From Trichosphaerium sp. ATCC 40318 (lineage: Eukaryota > Protista > Tubulinea), in contig JALMLS010000021.1 of assembly GCA_038496445.1 (NCBI GenBank), forward strand, positions 1 through 52,998: 52,998 bases of DNA, given 5' to 3'. The position numbers and the translations under genes are program-made. Positions 35,204 to 46,945 of this stretch are shown here, in pieces (the first letter of the stretch is position 1; every line of letters begins with the position of its first letter). The notes beneath the pieces are model-generated. The model had not been told where the DNA came from. It ran no database searches and saw only the letters and a list, made by a program, of their open reading frames with translations.

Positions 35204-36772
35204 ATGTTGGAAATGGTGGAGATGGTTCTTCACCACAACCCATTATCTGATGATCAGAAATTTCTTATACTATGGGTAATGTCAGTAACTTCCACTGTGT
35301 CTATGATAGGTGCTGCATGGATGGCATGCTGTATAATACGATACGGTACTAATAAACCTTGTTTTCATTTAAAATGACGCTTTACGCTTCAAAATCGTTT
35401 CAAATCACGTGAAAACGATCAACAGTCTTTTTTTGAACGAATTGTCATTAAAAAACTTATAGGTCGATTGAGCATGTTATCGAACCGTTTATTGCTTTAT
35501 TTGGCACTGAATGATATTATGTTCAACGTTAGCGATTTATTAATGCTCGTGACAAATTACACTACAAATGAAGGTGAGTTTTCTTTGGATTTATTAAACC
35601 GTTTTTCCTCCTCTTTGTGACATTGTGCAAAGGGATATGTATAGCTCATGGCGTGTTTTATTCGTTTGCTCAGATGACGATACCGTTATTGACGTTTGTC
35701 ATTGCTTTTAATCTTTTTTCTGTTGTTGTTATGAAGAGGTATGCGTAACACTCCAACGTTCTTGTTTTCTTTTTGTGTACCAACAACAGTTGAAGGGAAA
35801 ATATGGCACGACGAGAAAAGTATTATTTGTTATTTGTATATGGACTATCAGCATTCTTAGCGTTACTGCCTTTAACTACACAGGGTTATGGAAAGGCAAA
35901 CTCTCAGTATAGGTATGTTTTACACGTGACATCTTCACTTTATTTTTCAGTCACACCTGACTACCTCTTAAGGTGTTGGATACGTATATCACAAAATCAA
36001 ACAGATAAAGAGATAAGTATAGCCCACATGTACGTTAACTATTGCACAAAACAAGACGTGAAATGAACAGAGGTTTTAACACTTGAAACAGGTGGCGTTC
36101 TATTAGTGTTTTTATCATACCTCTTCTTTGTATGTTTGGTATCATATTCTGCTACACGTGTATTTATCTTCGCGTAAAGAAACTGACAAGACTAGCTGTA
36201 CGTCCGATTAAAATACCTTTCAAGATAACGAACTGAGATCTATTTTTAGAATGCTTCCAACAGAGAAGAAACTTCTCTTCAAACGCATATTCGTAAGGAA
36301 CAAAGAAAGAGACAAGGATCTCTCTTAAAGAGACTTTTTTGGTATCCAGTAATATTTGTTTGTTTGTGGATAACTCCTATAATACGTCGACTGTACAACT
36401 TTAATAACGGTCACGAGGTAAGGAGTTTAGTTTTAAAAGGAGACAATAAATTATTTTTAGGTAATCGCACTCATTGTTCTTCAATACGGAACGTACACAC
36501 TTACTGGGTTACTTAACGCTATAGTATGGGGTATTCTAAACCCCGAGCTTGTGATTTGCGTAAAGAAGATCCCAGGCACGTGTACTAAGTTTATAACTCA
36601 AAAAAAAACGAAGACAATATTTTTCTCTAAGTTATCTAAAACAATTAATGTAGCTTCTGAGCCTTCATACGATAGTTCTACTATCTCAAACTTTTCAAAA
36701 GAATCGATGGATACAAATAATTCAATAACACAGACCGATAAACCAAACTATCAATCTCTGGATGTTGCATGA
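35204..36772 (+). CDS. cAMP-receptor-like (CAR/Crl/GCR1 class) 7TM GPCR, multi-exon
   Basis: STVSMIGAAWM, NRLLLYLALND, ICIAHG, VIAFNLF, EKYYLLFVYG, YGKA..CWI, RLFWYPVIFVCLW, GLLNAIVWG. Confidence 0.85.
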
Positions 36773-36919
36773 CACTTGTTAAAAATGCTGTAACTTGTTT
36801 TTGTTGCTGAAAAAATAAATGTAAAATAATTCCTATAGTCTTACAACGGAAACTAAGTATTATTTCTTGGTAATGGACATGTATGTACATTTTTATTTAC
36901 ACGTGGTATGGTTTGTTTT

Positions 36920-38156
36920 CACTTTTAAAATACAATTTTTTTTTTTTCTCCTCGTGTGAACCCTGTAAGGAACATAGACAAGATGAGACGCTCAAATAGT
37001 GGTTCTCTGGACCTTCTTTTTCTTCCACTTTAAACGGAAGTATACTTTACGGTTATGTTGTTCAAACTGCCCTTTTGGTGATACTTTAACATGAACAACG
37101 TCTATACACTTCTTATAGAGCTTCAAACAATCCGGCATGTCGAGGTCAAAAGAGAAAGTATTTAACCCCTATTTATCGAATAAGTTTATAACCTTACGAC
37201 CAAACAAAAGGATGTGGCGGACTGAAATTTCCAAAAAACCTGCACGCAGCAAAATCGCGTCATTTGTTTTTTGATTGAATTTTTTTTTTTTTTTATCTCT
37301 TCAAAAAGTACTCCTAGCGTACCTCTGATATCAAGGATATTGTTCCTTCTGATCCTTTGCGCCAAAACACGTTTTGAAATATTACGCGAAGGTTTTTATC
37401 CGCAAGTTGCTTACCAGTGTAACTCTTTCCTAAGACGTGTAAGAATTGCGTAGGAGAAGTTTTTAAGAGGGTTTAATATCATTTTATTCTCTTAATGTGT
37501 GGTGACGTACCATCAACGCAGAGCTCATATCTGGTTAGGCCTTGGGCGTGGAACCCCTTTTCTTTAGTTATAGTTATATCGAAGAGACGCAGCATAAGTA
37601 ATGTAACAATTCTAAAAAACCTAGCCCAAAACAGATTTTGGCAGGCAAACTCAACAAAGCAATCTATGAAGTTTTGTATAACTCCTTACGCACGGCTATC
37701 GCCAAGGTTACTTTGGAGTTTTATTAGGAACCTGCCAAGTACTTTTCACTTGTTTACGGTCCATTTGGCTTCTCTGAACATGTTTTCGAACTCGGCTTCT
37801 TAAACGCTACGTTTAAACAACACGTGATATATTACGGCGTTTGGAGATTTTTTGGCTTTGCGCAAAAAATATAAGTCCGAAGCTAAAAAAACTACTAAAA
37901 GCGTACAGCGCTAGTGTAGTAGTGTCGTTTTAAAACGTGGTAGCGTGTAATGCACCATGACTGCCTAAACGGCAAAAAGGTTTAAGTTTAAGGCCTACAG
38001 TAGCGCTATGTGTAGTAAGGGGACGAAAAACTAAACAACACAAAAAAAGGTAAGCACGAAAATACGCGAAGAAGTTAGGAACGTCACACAAGTACACTAA
38101 GATGTGAAGTGTAAGAACACTGAATATCTCATTAGGATTTAATACACTCACTGCAT
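36920..38156 (-). CDS. Hypothetical multi-exon protein (boundaries approximate)
   Basis: A chain of short open exons bounded by GTACG/GTAAG and YAG (e.g. GKSYTGKQLADKNLRVIFQNVFWRKG, GLNTFSFDLDMPDCLKLYKKCIDVVH). No recognised domain. Confidence 0.45.
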
Positions 38157-38217
38157 TTTGAACCTCCAGAAAAGTAAGATGAATCTTTGTTTGAAAAAAA
38201 GTTCGTTTAGTTTTTTA

Positions 38218-40759
38218 TTACAGCTCATTTCTTGTGTAATCCTCTTCATCTTCGCTCTCTTCTACTATCTCAATATCTTGTAGAGTTTTTTGAGAACCTC
38301 CATTAGTATTTTGTTCCTTTAATCTCCTTTGTGGTGTTTCTTCTTCTACAGGAGGTGTAGGAGGCGCCTCGACATTCTTTTCACTGGGAGCAATCTCCTG
38401 CTGAAGAAATTACTAACACTCACTCTTTTGTGTTCCTACCTCAAATACTTCCGAAATAAACGCTAAGAGTGGCTTTGCATACTGTTCTTCATCGTACCTA
38501 ACGGCAAGATTAAACTCTTTAACTTTAACTGAAACTAACCATAGCATTCGAAAATCTGCGCGCATGTGCCACTCCTTCAGTTTCTTAGGCCTGGCGTCTT
38601 TACCAGTTTTATAGTACCGAACTACTGGATGTAAATACTTGGAGTCTTCGTTCTCACCACTGAGATCCACTGACGGTAGTTAGCGAAGTATTTCACAATC
38701 TCCTACTATCGCACGTTCGGATACATCCACGATACCATCGTAAGACTCTCTTGCTTCGTGATTGTACTGAAAGTGTAAAGAAAACCAATGCGTTCCTTCT
38801 TCAGCTTGTTGATCATACAGCCCTAAAAACAAGAAAAATTTAATCACGTGATAGTCACGTGAACCGAAAAAAAAATACCTTTCAGAGTCAATTCTTCAAT
38901 ATATTGTCCTACATCATCGCCATCAAACAATACAAAAACATCAGATAATATCTCAAAAGCGTTGTAAAGTCCTGAAAGAGAAAGTAAGCTAACACTAAGT
39001 TTTCTTTGAGTTTACCATCTGATGTTCGAATGCGACTCATGATTTTATTTGATAGCGCATCTGGTGTAGGTTCAAGGTGTTCGCTACCATAAGGAAGAGA
39101 TTCAACTATAAACAGAAGGGTCCTCACAGCGTAGCGGATCAAATAGCGAAAAGTTCTTATATTACCTAGGTACATGTGATTGACTTTTCTACTGGTTCGC
39201 TAATTTCGTTTCAAAAAGCCGTACTTGTGGATGTCTCTCTTACACCCTTTCGCTTCATCAAATCGCCAAGAAGGTACATGTTAGGTCTGTTCTTACTCTC
39301 ATAGGATCTACAACAAACCTCTGTAAGCTCTTAAACTCTATTTTTAAGCAAAAACAGTTGTACGATGTTACAATTGGATAGTGTGATAGTTTATCCATTT
39401 GTGGTGCGCTATCCTTAAATATAGATGTATTCATACGCCATCCGAGACATGAGATAACAATATCATAAGGATCTTTAAATACTGAAGGTACACTAGCAGC
39501 ATCTGCTGAAGGTTTAAAGAAAATACCATCCTCAGTTTTTTCCAGAGATGCTACCACTTGTTACACATTAATTTGTACTTATTCTGCCGTACCTTCTTTC
39601 ATATCAATGCCTTGTACGACTGTATCCAATGTGAGTGTTGACTCAAATTCAGATTTGCGAGCTATCCTAACGCTGTAAGCGAAAATAGCCGTTCCAAACA
39701 ATGAAATACGCACAGTAGATTTCGTTGTCAGTATGTTTGAGGCCTACCATGTGTACGTAAGCTGCTCTTTGAGATATAAACTAATTCCAGTCACTATAGG
39801 CTAATGTTTTTTATTACAATAGACGTACCTGAGCTGATTCAAACGCAGACGTTCCTAGCCCTAATATGAGAACTTTTTTATTTTCGTAGTCATCCAAACT
39901 TGTTGATTGCTCAGAATACATTACAGCGTTCTCAATGCCTTTCATTTTAGGCTTATACTCCTAAGATACGTCACCGACAAGGATTACCTTTATATTGCGT
40001 ACCATAGGCATTGAAGTTGCAATGAGTACGGCATGACAAACACTTATTTTGTGAGAAGCATCTTCAAGCAAGAAGGTATTACTTACGTAATTTTCTATTA
40101 TAGTTATTTCTCTGTTAAACTCAATATTGAGATCATGTTTCTTTGCGAATGCTTTAAGATATGCTGAGTAATCTTCACGAGAAGGAAACAAATCGCTCGA
40201 AAAGTCCTGAACTTTTGGAGCGTCTGTCAAGTTCGAAAGTAATCCGTAGCTATCAAAACGCATATTAAACGCATCATCACTTCCAGTGAACCTCTTGTTC
40301 CTCGACAATAATCTACCTAACTTATGTTTAGCGTAAAGAGAAGTTTATAACATGTTATGCCACGTCACGTGTTAGAAAAGTCGAAGAGAAGAAAATGTAC
40401 CATGAACAGGAAACTTATCAAAAAAAGAACCAACCTACGCGTATAAATACGTGGTGCGATGATATCACGTGTCAAAATGTTACCTCTGCTTCCTTTTCAA
40501 TTATTTTATACCGTGATCCTTGTTGTGCTAGTAGAGCGCCCGCTTGAAGCCCAGAAGGTCCTATTCGTCAATCGTTTAATTAGAATCAAAAGAAAAGCTG
40601 TATTACGCTTACCTGCGCCTATAATAATAAAGTCCCAGTGGTCTCCCTGCGCTGAAACACTTGATAGTAGTATAAACGCTAAAAGTATGCCTAGTACACT
40701 TTTTTTGGATTAGTGTGTAAAAACAACATTTGCTTTGCTTACCACGTGTTGCGAAGCAT
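38218..40759 (-). CDS. FOXRED2: FOXRED2/ERFAD-like FAD-dependent oxidoreductase with ER-retention signal
   Basis: Signal peptide, IIIGAG-PSGLQAG, GSFFDKFPVH-RLLSRNKRFTG..FNMRFD..LLS, VLILGLGTSAFE, YDIVISCLGWR, IRTFRYLIR, YLHPVVRYY and C-terminal RNEL*. Confidence 0.88.
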
Positions 40760-41117
40760 TTTCGTCAAAGTAACAAACAAACTAAAGAAAGAAAGAGGCT
40801 TAAATCGACGTGCTTAGACTAGGCGATTTGGTCCCATACTCGCAAGTGGAAATAACACTAGTACTCTAAAAACTCAAAGCCAAGTAACCCACCTATCTGG
40901 ATAAAACCAAGAGATAAAATCCTGCTAATGCTCGTGGTTATGAAGAATTGTTCAAGTTTGTGAACTGACTGTATTTGTTGAAAGAGGGCAGGAACAAAAT
41001 GTAAGACAATTTCTTTCAATTATCTGTATTATTGCAGCGTTTGCCGTTTTATAAAAGCAATCACTCTTGAGAGATTTACCACCAGGTACAATGCGTACCT
41101 AGAAGGAGCTCCTCTTA

Positions 41118-41919
41118 TGCAATTAAGGGAAGCGTGCAGAACAGAAACTCCAATAGTACTACAAAACTACAAATAACAAGTCAAAGTGTTGTAATTGTCT
41201 CAATATGTGTGGGAAGGCGAGTGGAGAGATTACATGTAATATGTTTTAAGTGTAGTTTAAGTTATTCTCGTGATATCCTATTTGCTGGTACCTCCTTTCG
41301 CGAACCTTTTCAAAACAATGTCTTTGCTGCTTCACCGCAAAAAAGATGTAAAGAGGTACAACAGAACTGATGAACCTGAAATTATACAGGAGGTTTTTAA
41401 ATATGAAAGAAGCACGTGACAAACTGACCCAATACCTAAATAACACCTGGTTAGACTACGTAAATACAAACGGAACAATTGTACGACATGGTTCAGGAGC
41501 GAACAAAGCTGGTTGCATGCAGTTGAAGGTTGTTGGCCTAGCATTATTTGTCGCTGTTGTGATTGTTGGTACGAACTTGGAAGTTGTTGGCTAGTGACTT
41601 TTTTTTAGCAGTGCTCGTTGGCGTGGGTTACAAATATAACAACCACAAGATAAGCACCATGAAAGGTAAATTTGAAGAGTTTACGATGAAAATTAGCAAG
41701 TTGGAAGCTGAGTTATTAAGACAAAAGAATTTACAAGGATATACGGCAAAAAAAGCATGTGAAAAAATGGAACCACTTAAATTCATGGTCAATAGATTAG
41801 CGAAACTGGGTGCTACTTTGAAAGCGCAAAGAGAGAAGCATAAAGAAGTGGAGAAAGAAATAGCCAGCTTTAAGCGAGAAATACATCAAATTGAAAGAGA
41901 GCGGCAAGAAATTTGCTGA
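41118..41919 (+). other. Fragmentary ORFs (hydrophobic segment + coiled coil); gene or decayed element, unresolved
   Basis: Overlapping ORFs 41370-41594 and 41563-41919 have no clear intron joining them. The C-terminus is heptad-rich. Confidence 0.3.
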
Positions 41920-42026
41920 GGGCTCGAAAATAGTCATTTATCCTAGTAATAAAAACTCTTAACTGTCGACTGTGAACGGTTCTTTCTCTTCTAAAGATCT
42001 AATCATGTACTTTTATCTATCAAGTC

Positions 42027-45000
42027 CTAGCCATGTAACATCTTCCTTTTAGGAGGGAGGTCGCAAGGTACATCAATGTCAGAAGTTTTATTCATCGTTG
42101 TGATACTACATAGTTTAAAGTAGGATCAATGCCGCAAATATGGCACATAAGGTTGATTTCACAATCACTGTTGCAATGCTCGCTGCCTATTGAGTATTTA
42201 GTAAGCTTGATTATATCTTGTTTCTTACCTCAGTTGGTGCCCTGGTAACTTGAGAAGAACACGTGTTTTGTCCGTTAGTTTCAAGACTTGGGCCTGCAAA
42301 GATACTACTCCAAAATGTGTCTACAGGATAGTAGTTAGAACCTTTTTAAATCACGTGTATCAACTTACCCAATTTCAACTCATTTGTTGAACTTTTTACG
42401 ACATTAATTCGTAGCATGTACTCTACACCTACAAGGAATTAATACAAAAAGGTCATATCATAAGTATAACGTACCATCTGATAAGTCATGTCCAATAGAC
42501 ACTGGCATATCTATATGCCCTTCACCATCAATTACAACCTGGCTTGCACCTCCTCGCCATAGAGTATTACTTTCCTTGAGAACATCCAAGTCAAGAATTA
42601 AAGGCTCATTTACTCTATACGCCACAATCAGATCGAATGTCTGACCTCCTAACACAATCTTTAGCACTTCTGTTTATACAAACCATGAGCCATTTACATA
42701 CGTTTGCTAGGAATCTATGTGACATTCATCTCTAGACATAAAGCAATCGCAGGTACAGGTTCTACTTAAAGTATACTTAACAACGTATAATACATGAAGT
42801 GAACTGTACCAGCACTAGGGGCTGAAGGCGCAGTTGGAGCTTTTGGAGCCGTAGGAGTATTTGATGGTGGATCTGTTGTTGGAGTATGCGTTGAGGCAGC
42901 CGTTGTAGGAGGAGGCGTAGGTGGTACTACACGTTGCATACTACAAGGATTGTCACTTTCAAAAGCGTTCGTGCCTGCTTGTAAAGTGAAAGAAGGTGCA
43001 GGTAGCCATGGCTCCTAGTTTTAAGTTTGTTAGAACAGGACCTATTTTTAAGTGTAGTACTTGTGAAGATAATTTGTTGTACAGGTACACAATGCCAAAG
43101 TTGTTGTTAGCATAGGATACACTCTGAACAGTAATATGTTGTGATACTTCTAGTGTCAATACATGCTTCATTACACCATCTCTCAATACTGTTGTAACAT
43201 TAGCTACAGGTATATGACTAATGTTGAGTTAATGTGGCTTTGTTCTTTGTAGCTGTTAAAGCGAGATAGAAATTGTAATAGAAAACACGCACACTACGTT
43301 GTTAATATCAACAACCTCAAACCTTATAAAACAGTCAGAAAATATTACTAGCATGTACCCAGCACACTGAGATGTAAGAGGACTAGTCCACTCAGGACAT
43401 ACAGCTGACATATTCAAGTACAGTCCATCAGCTACTGTATCATCATAAAAGAACACTGTGACAACAGTAGGCGTAGCAGGTATGACCTAAAAGGAAAAAT
43501 AATAAGTATGATGTTCATTGTTTCAAGTAAGCTGTACAGGTGTTGCTTCAAAGTAGTGCGCTACAGGTCCATATGCATTTTCTGAAGTGTTATATATCAT
43601 TCGAGATATCACACGTTCCATACGTTCACCTACTTGTAACGAGGGTGAATAGCACCTTCCTGGGCTGAAAAGATCATAAAGATCAAGACCACTTGCAAAC
43701 CTTATCATAAAGTAAGTTCATTTTAGTGTCTTCATTTACTTACCCAACATCATCCAATTCACATGCTTCACGTTGTGCTATTCGCATAGAAGATATGGAT
43801 AATTCTGGTTCCACTGGGTATGGTACTAGGTTCATGAAGACGAAAGGGAATGAAGCTCCAGTTGCTGAACCAGCATCCCATTTTAGACGCCACTCCTTTA
43901 TCATTTCTTTGACCAAGCACCCATACTGAACAGCAAATCCAGTAATAACATTCGTTTCTCCTTGGTACCATAAAGCACCAGTGATGGTCATCTACAACAG
44001 AATGTAAGATATTCTTCAAAAGTTCAACTATTCATCCTTTGTAAGCGGAAACATCATAGCGCCCCAATTACGAGTTTTGCTTCCATCAGCCTCAGTGTGG
44101 GGACATTTACTTAGTACTGAGGCACTCGACCATGACTACAGTAAGTTAGCATTGAATGAGAATAGGCCTTGAAGAATAAAGTGTTCACGTGCCTCAATTG
44201 AAGACCCGCCAAATGCACTTGTTATCAAACCAACAGGTATGCCTGTACGTCTATGTAAAGCTCTTCCAAAGTACCAACAAACACCACTGAATCCTAGATC
44301 GTCAAATCTATCAACAGAGTCTGGTGACGAAGGAACCCAGCCTTGCCAAATAGTATTGAATTCTTGGAGTTCCTTAGCAATCAATGTCAGTTTTACCACC
44401 TTCTTTTTGTTTACTTACAATGTTGCTTCCAGTAAGTCTACCAACAGTAAATAACCGGATTCCTGGGATCCCTGCTTGTGGACGTAGAGCCATAAAGTCA
44501 CTTGTCTCGGAGAATAACCACTCCATGTTACTGGAAAGTATACAAATTACACCCAAGAATGCTATTTTTTTTTTACCTTTGTCCACTACAAACGAACACA
44601 TCTCCAAACGTTACATCCTTTGTATAACTATTCAATACTCTCTTACGAAAATATACAAGTACTACTTACTGTAATTTCATCCTCAACAGCCAGAGTATCA
44701 TTGATGCCAGGTAATGAGAAGATTACTTTTGCACGTATTCTAAATGTTGTAAACAATTACATGTCAAATAAAAAAAACCGCTTGACACGCACGTGTGGGT
44801 ACCACCAGCAGGTTGAGGAGGCAGTCTAACATTCCACCTACCCTGAAAGAGTTATGTAAATGTTATATTTATGTGTAGTTATTACCAGTTCATCTGCGGT
44901 AGTAGTGTATTCAACGAGTCCAAAAGTCACACAATTACCTATGTTTACAAATTTAAAAAATGCACTCAACACCTCTTCAAATACATACTTCATCCCCTGA

Positions 45001-45572
45001 AACTGCTTTACCCCATATATTAGCTTGCTTGGGTGCTCTATGAAGTACCATATGACTTCCCATAGCGTTCGAAAACAGATCCTTGCAAGTAGAGTTAACT
45101 CGAAGCTTCAAACAACAACACGTACACAGCCTTTGCAACTGTAGGCGTGAGTCACTGCAGTTGTACATTCTCCAGGGGTTGTAGAGCAAATTTGGTACAA
45201 AGGTTTAGCTGGACCACAATAATCTGCACCAGACTCTATTTTTGCAGCGTATACGCGCCCAGATGGCGCAGGAGGGCATTTGCCGCAGTTGCTAAAGATT
45301 TTGTGCGCTTGTACTTCTTCGTTGGTGCACGGAGCGATTGGGAATTCATTTACGCTGCAAGTTCTTGGTGCTGTCCATGTACAAGGCTTTTGGATACCGT
45401 CAACTGTTTGAAATCCTCTATTGCAACAATTACGCGTAAAACTTCCGCTACCGTCGTTACAAACGGAAAACTGGACTTGAAACGCAGTATTGCATCTGTA
45501 CAGAAGATTATGCTGAGATTTCACTGTACTGGTTACTAGTAGAAGCAGTACGCTAACACAGAACCAGTGCAT
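42027..45572 (-). CDS. Secreted sialate O-acetylesterase-like (SGNH/SASA) protein with Cys-rich N-term and P/T-rich linker; carries lesions, possibly a pseudogene
   Basis: Signal MHWFCVSVLLLLV, FSNAMGSHMVL..AP..ANIWG, GDVFVCSGQ-SNME, FSGVCWYFGR..GIPVGLI.SAFGGSSIE.W, GALWYQGETN and LPAPSF. The IHPRYK motif is out of frame and one intron donor is non-canonical. Confidence 0.82.
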
Positions 45573-46009
45573 AGCTCTTGGTTGTTTTTTATAATTAGTA
45601 AGAGCAGCAGATTTGGAAAATGTTGCATTAAACGAAATCTTTGGCAAGTGGCTAGAAGTTGGTCGTCCGCTACAAAAATCTGTAGACAGAAAGGCAAGGT
45701 GGGAATTAAGTAGACGGCTCGACCCAGTACGACTTATTCGCTAAATCTAGATTGATCGCGTCTTAATTCCAGCAAAACCCATACGTTGCCGTATCTTAGC
45801 TCTTCGCAAGCAAAGTAATCGCTTGTATAAGTTCTTGGTCACAATTTCACGCCTAACGCTTCGACAGTACATCTCAAGGGTATCACAACAAGACTTTTGC
45901 TTTGTGGGGAGGCGTTCCAGTAAAAGGAGACGATGCGATATGTACCATTTATTTGCGCAGGTATCACGTTTTTTTAAGCCGTTACAAACGAGTTTTTAAT
46001 TAGAAATAG

Positions 46010-46431
46010 TGAATGGGTAAGGGACCTTACTCTTTGTGGAATCCAAAACCTATTTTTCAAGGTTCAAATGGAGTAGAAGTTGTACCCATTGAAGATCCTT
46101 ATATGTGGAAGGATAACGTTGGATACCATATGCTTGTACACGCTGAACGCAATACTCCATACGTAGGAGGGTAAGCTATTTGAATATAGATGAGTACAAC
46201 AGTAATGTTATCAAACAAGGTATGGCTATTCTGAAGATGCTTATAATTGGGTATACTCTCCAGCAGCATACGCTAGAAGTCACATTTGAAGGAGGACTAT
46301 TGAAGAAATACAAAAGACGTGAGCGACCACAAATATATGTCGAGCAAGGGGAACCACCTTACCTTTTTAATGGTGTAGAATTACCTGATGCTGGTGCTGC
46401 ATCTTATACTGCTGTACAGCAATTCAAATAA
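46010..46431 (+). pseudogene. 5'-truncated, frameshifted fragment of a five-bladed beta-propeller glycoside-hydrolase-like gene
   Basis: IEDPYMWKDNVGYHMLVH..GG|YGYSEDAYNWVYSPAAY, then a frameshift at ~46270 to TLEVTFEGG..RRERPQI..GEP.YLFNGV..SYTAVQ. No upstream exons or start found. Confidence 0.6.
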
Positions 46432-46945
46432 ACTCATTCTCATGCCACATCTACAATAGATTGCATTATTTACAGGCAGGCATAGAAGAGGAAAGCTCGT
46501 TGCTGGTAATTTCTGTTTGTTCGTTGAACTAGCATATCAAACTATCACTTGTTGCCCAGTGCTGTTCAATGGTAATTTCCATACTTACACGTGCTGTTGA
46601 AAAATGTAAATTGCAGCAGTTTTAACTTATTTGTACTTTATTTTTTCTTTTTTGATATATTTTCATTTTTGCGAATGCTATTGTAGAGCAGGTGTATTGT
46701 CGTGCATTGCTCTCTTTAGCTATGTACGGTGGAGCAGGCTCTATATATCTTGTCTGATACAAATCATGGCTTATGTGATCTTTGCGAATATCTACAAAAA
46801 GAAACAAAGTTGAGACATCAAGTCGTGATGAACAGATATTTCAACCTTTACTTTACATAAACATGTAACAGAATTTTCAGTAGCCAATTACAACCAATAA
46901 TACATGTTCAATTAAATTTTGATTACTTCCAGATGAGTCCATCTC

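Noticed and set aside
45735-45840. Possible LINE AP-endonuclease relic (S-R-IDRVLI with frameshift); similar weak hints at ~41440-41610 (TWLDYV) and ~14360 (GKLLERL)
   Set aside because: The motifs are too short to support without a profile search.
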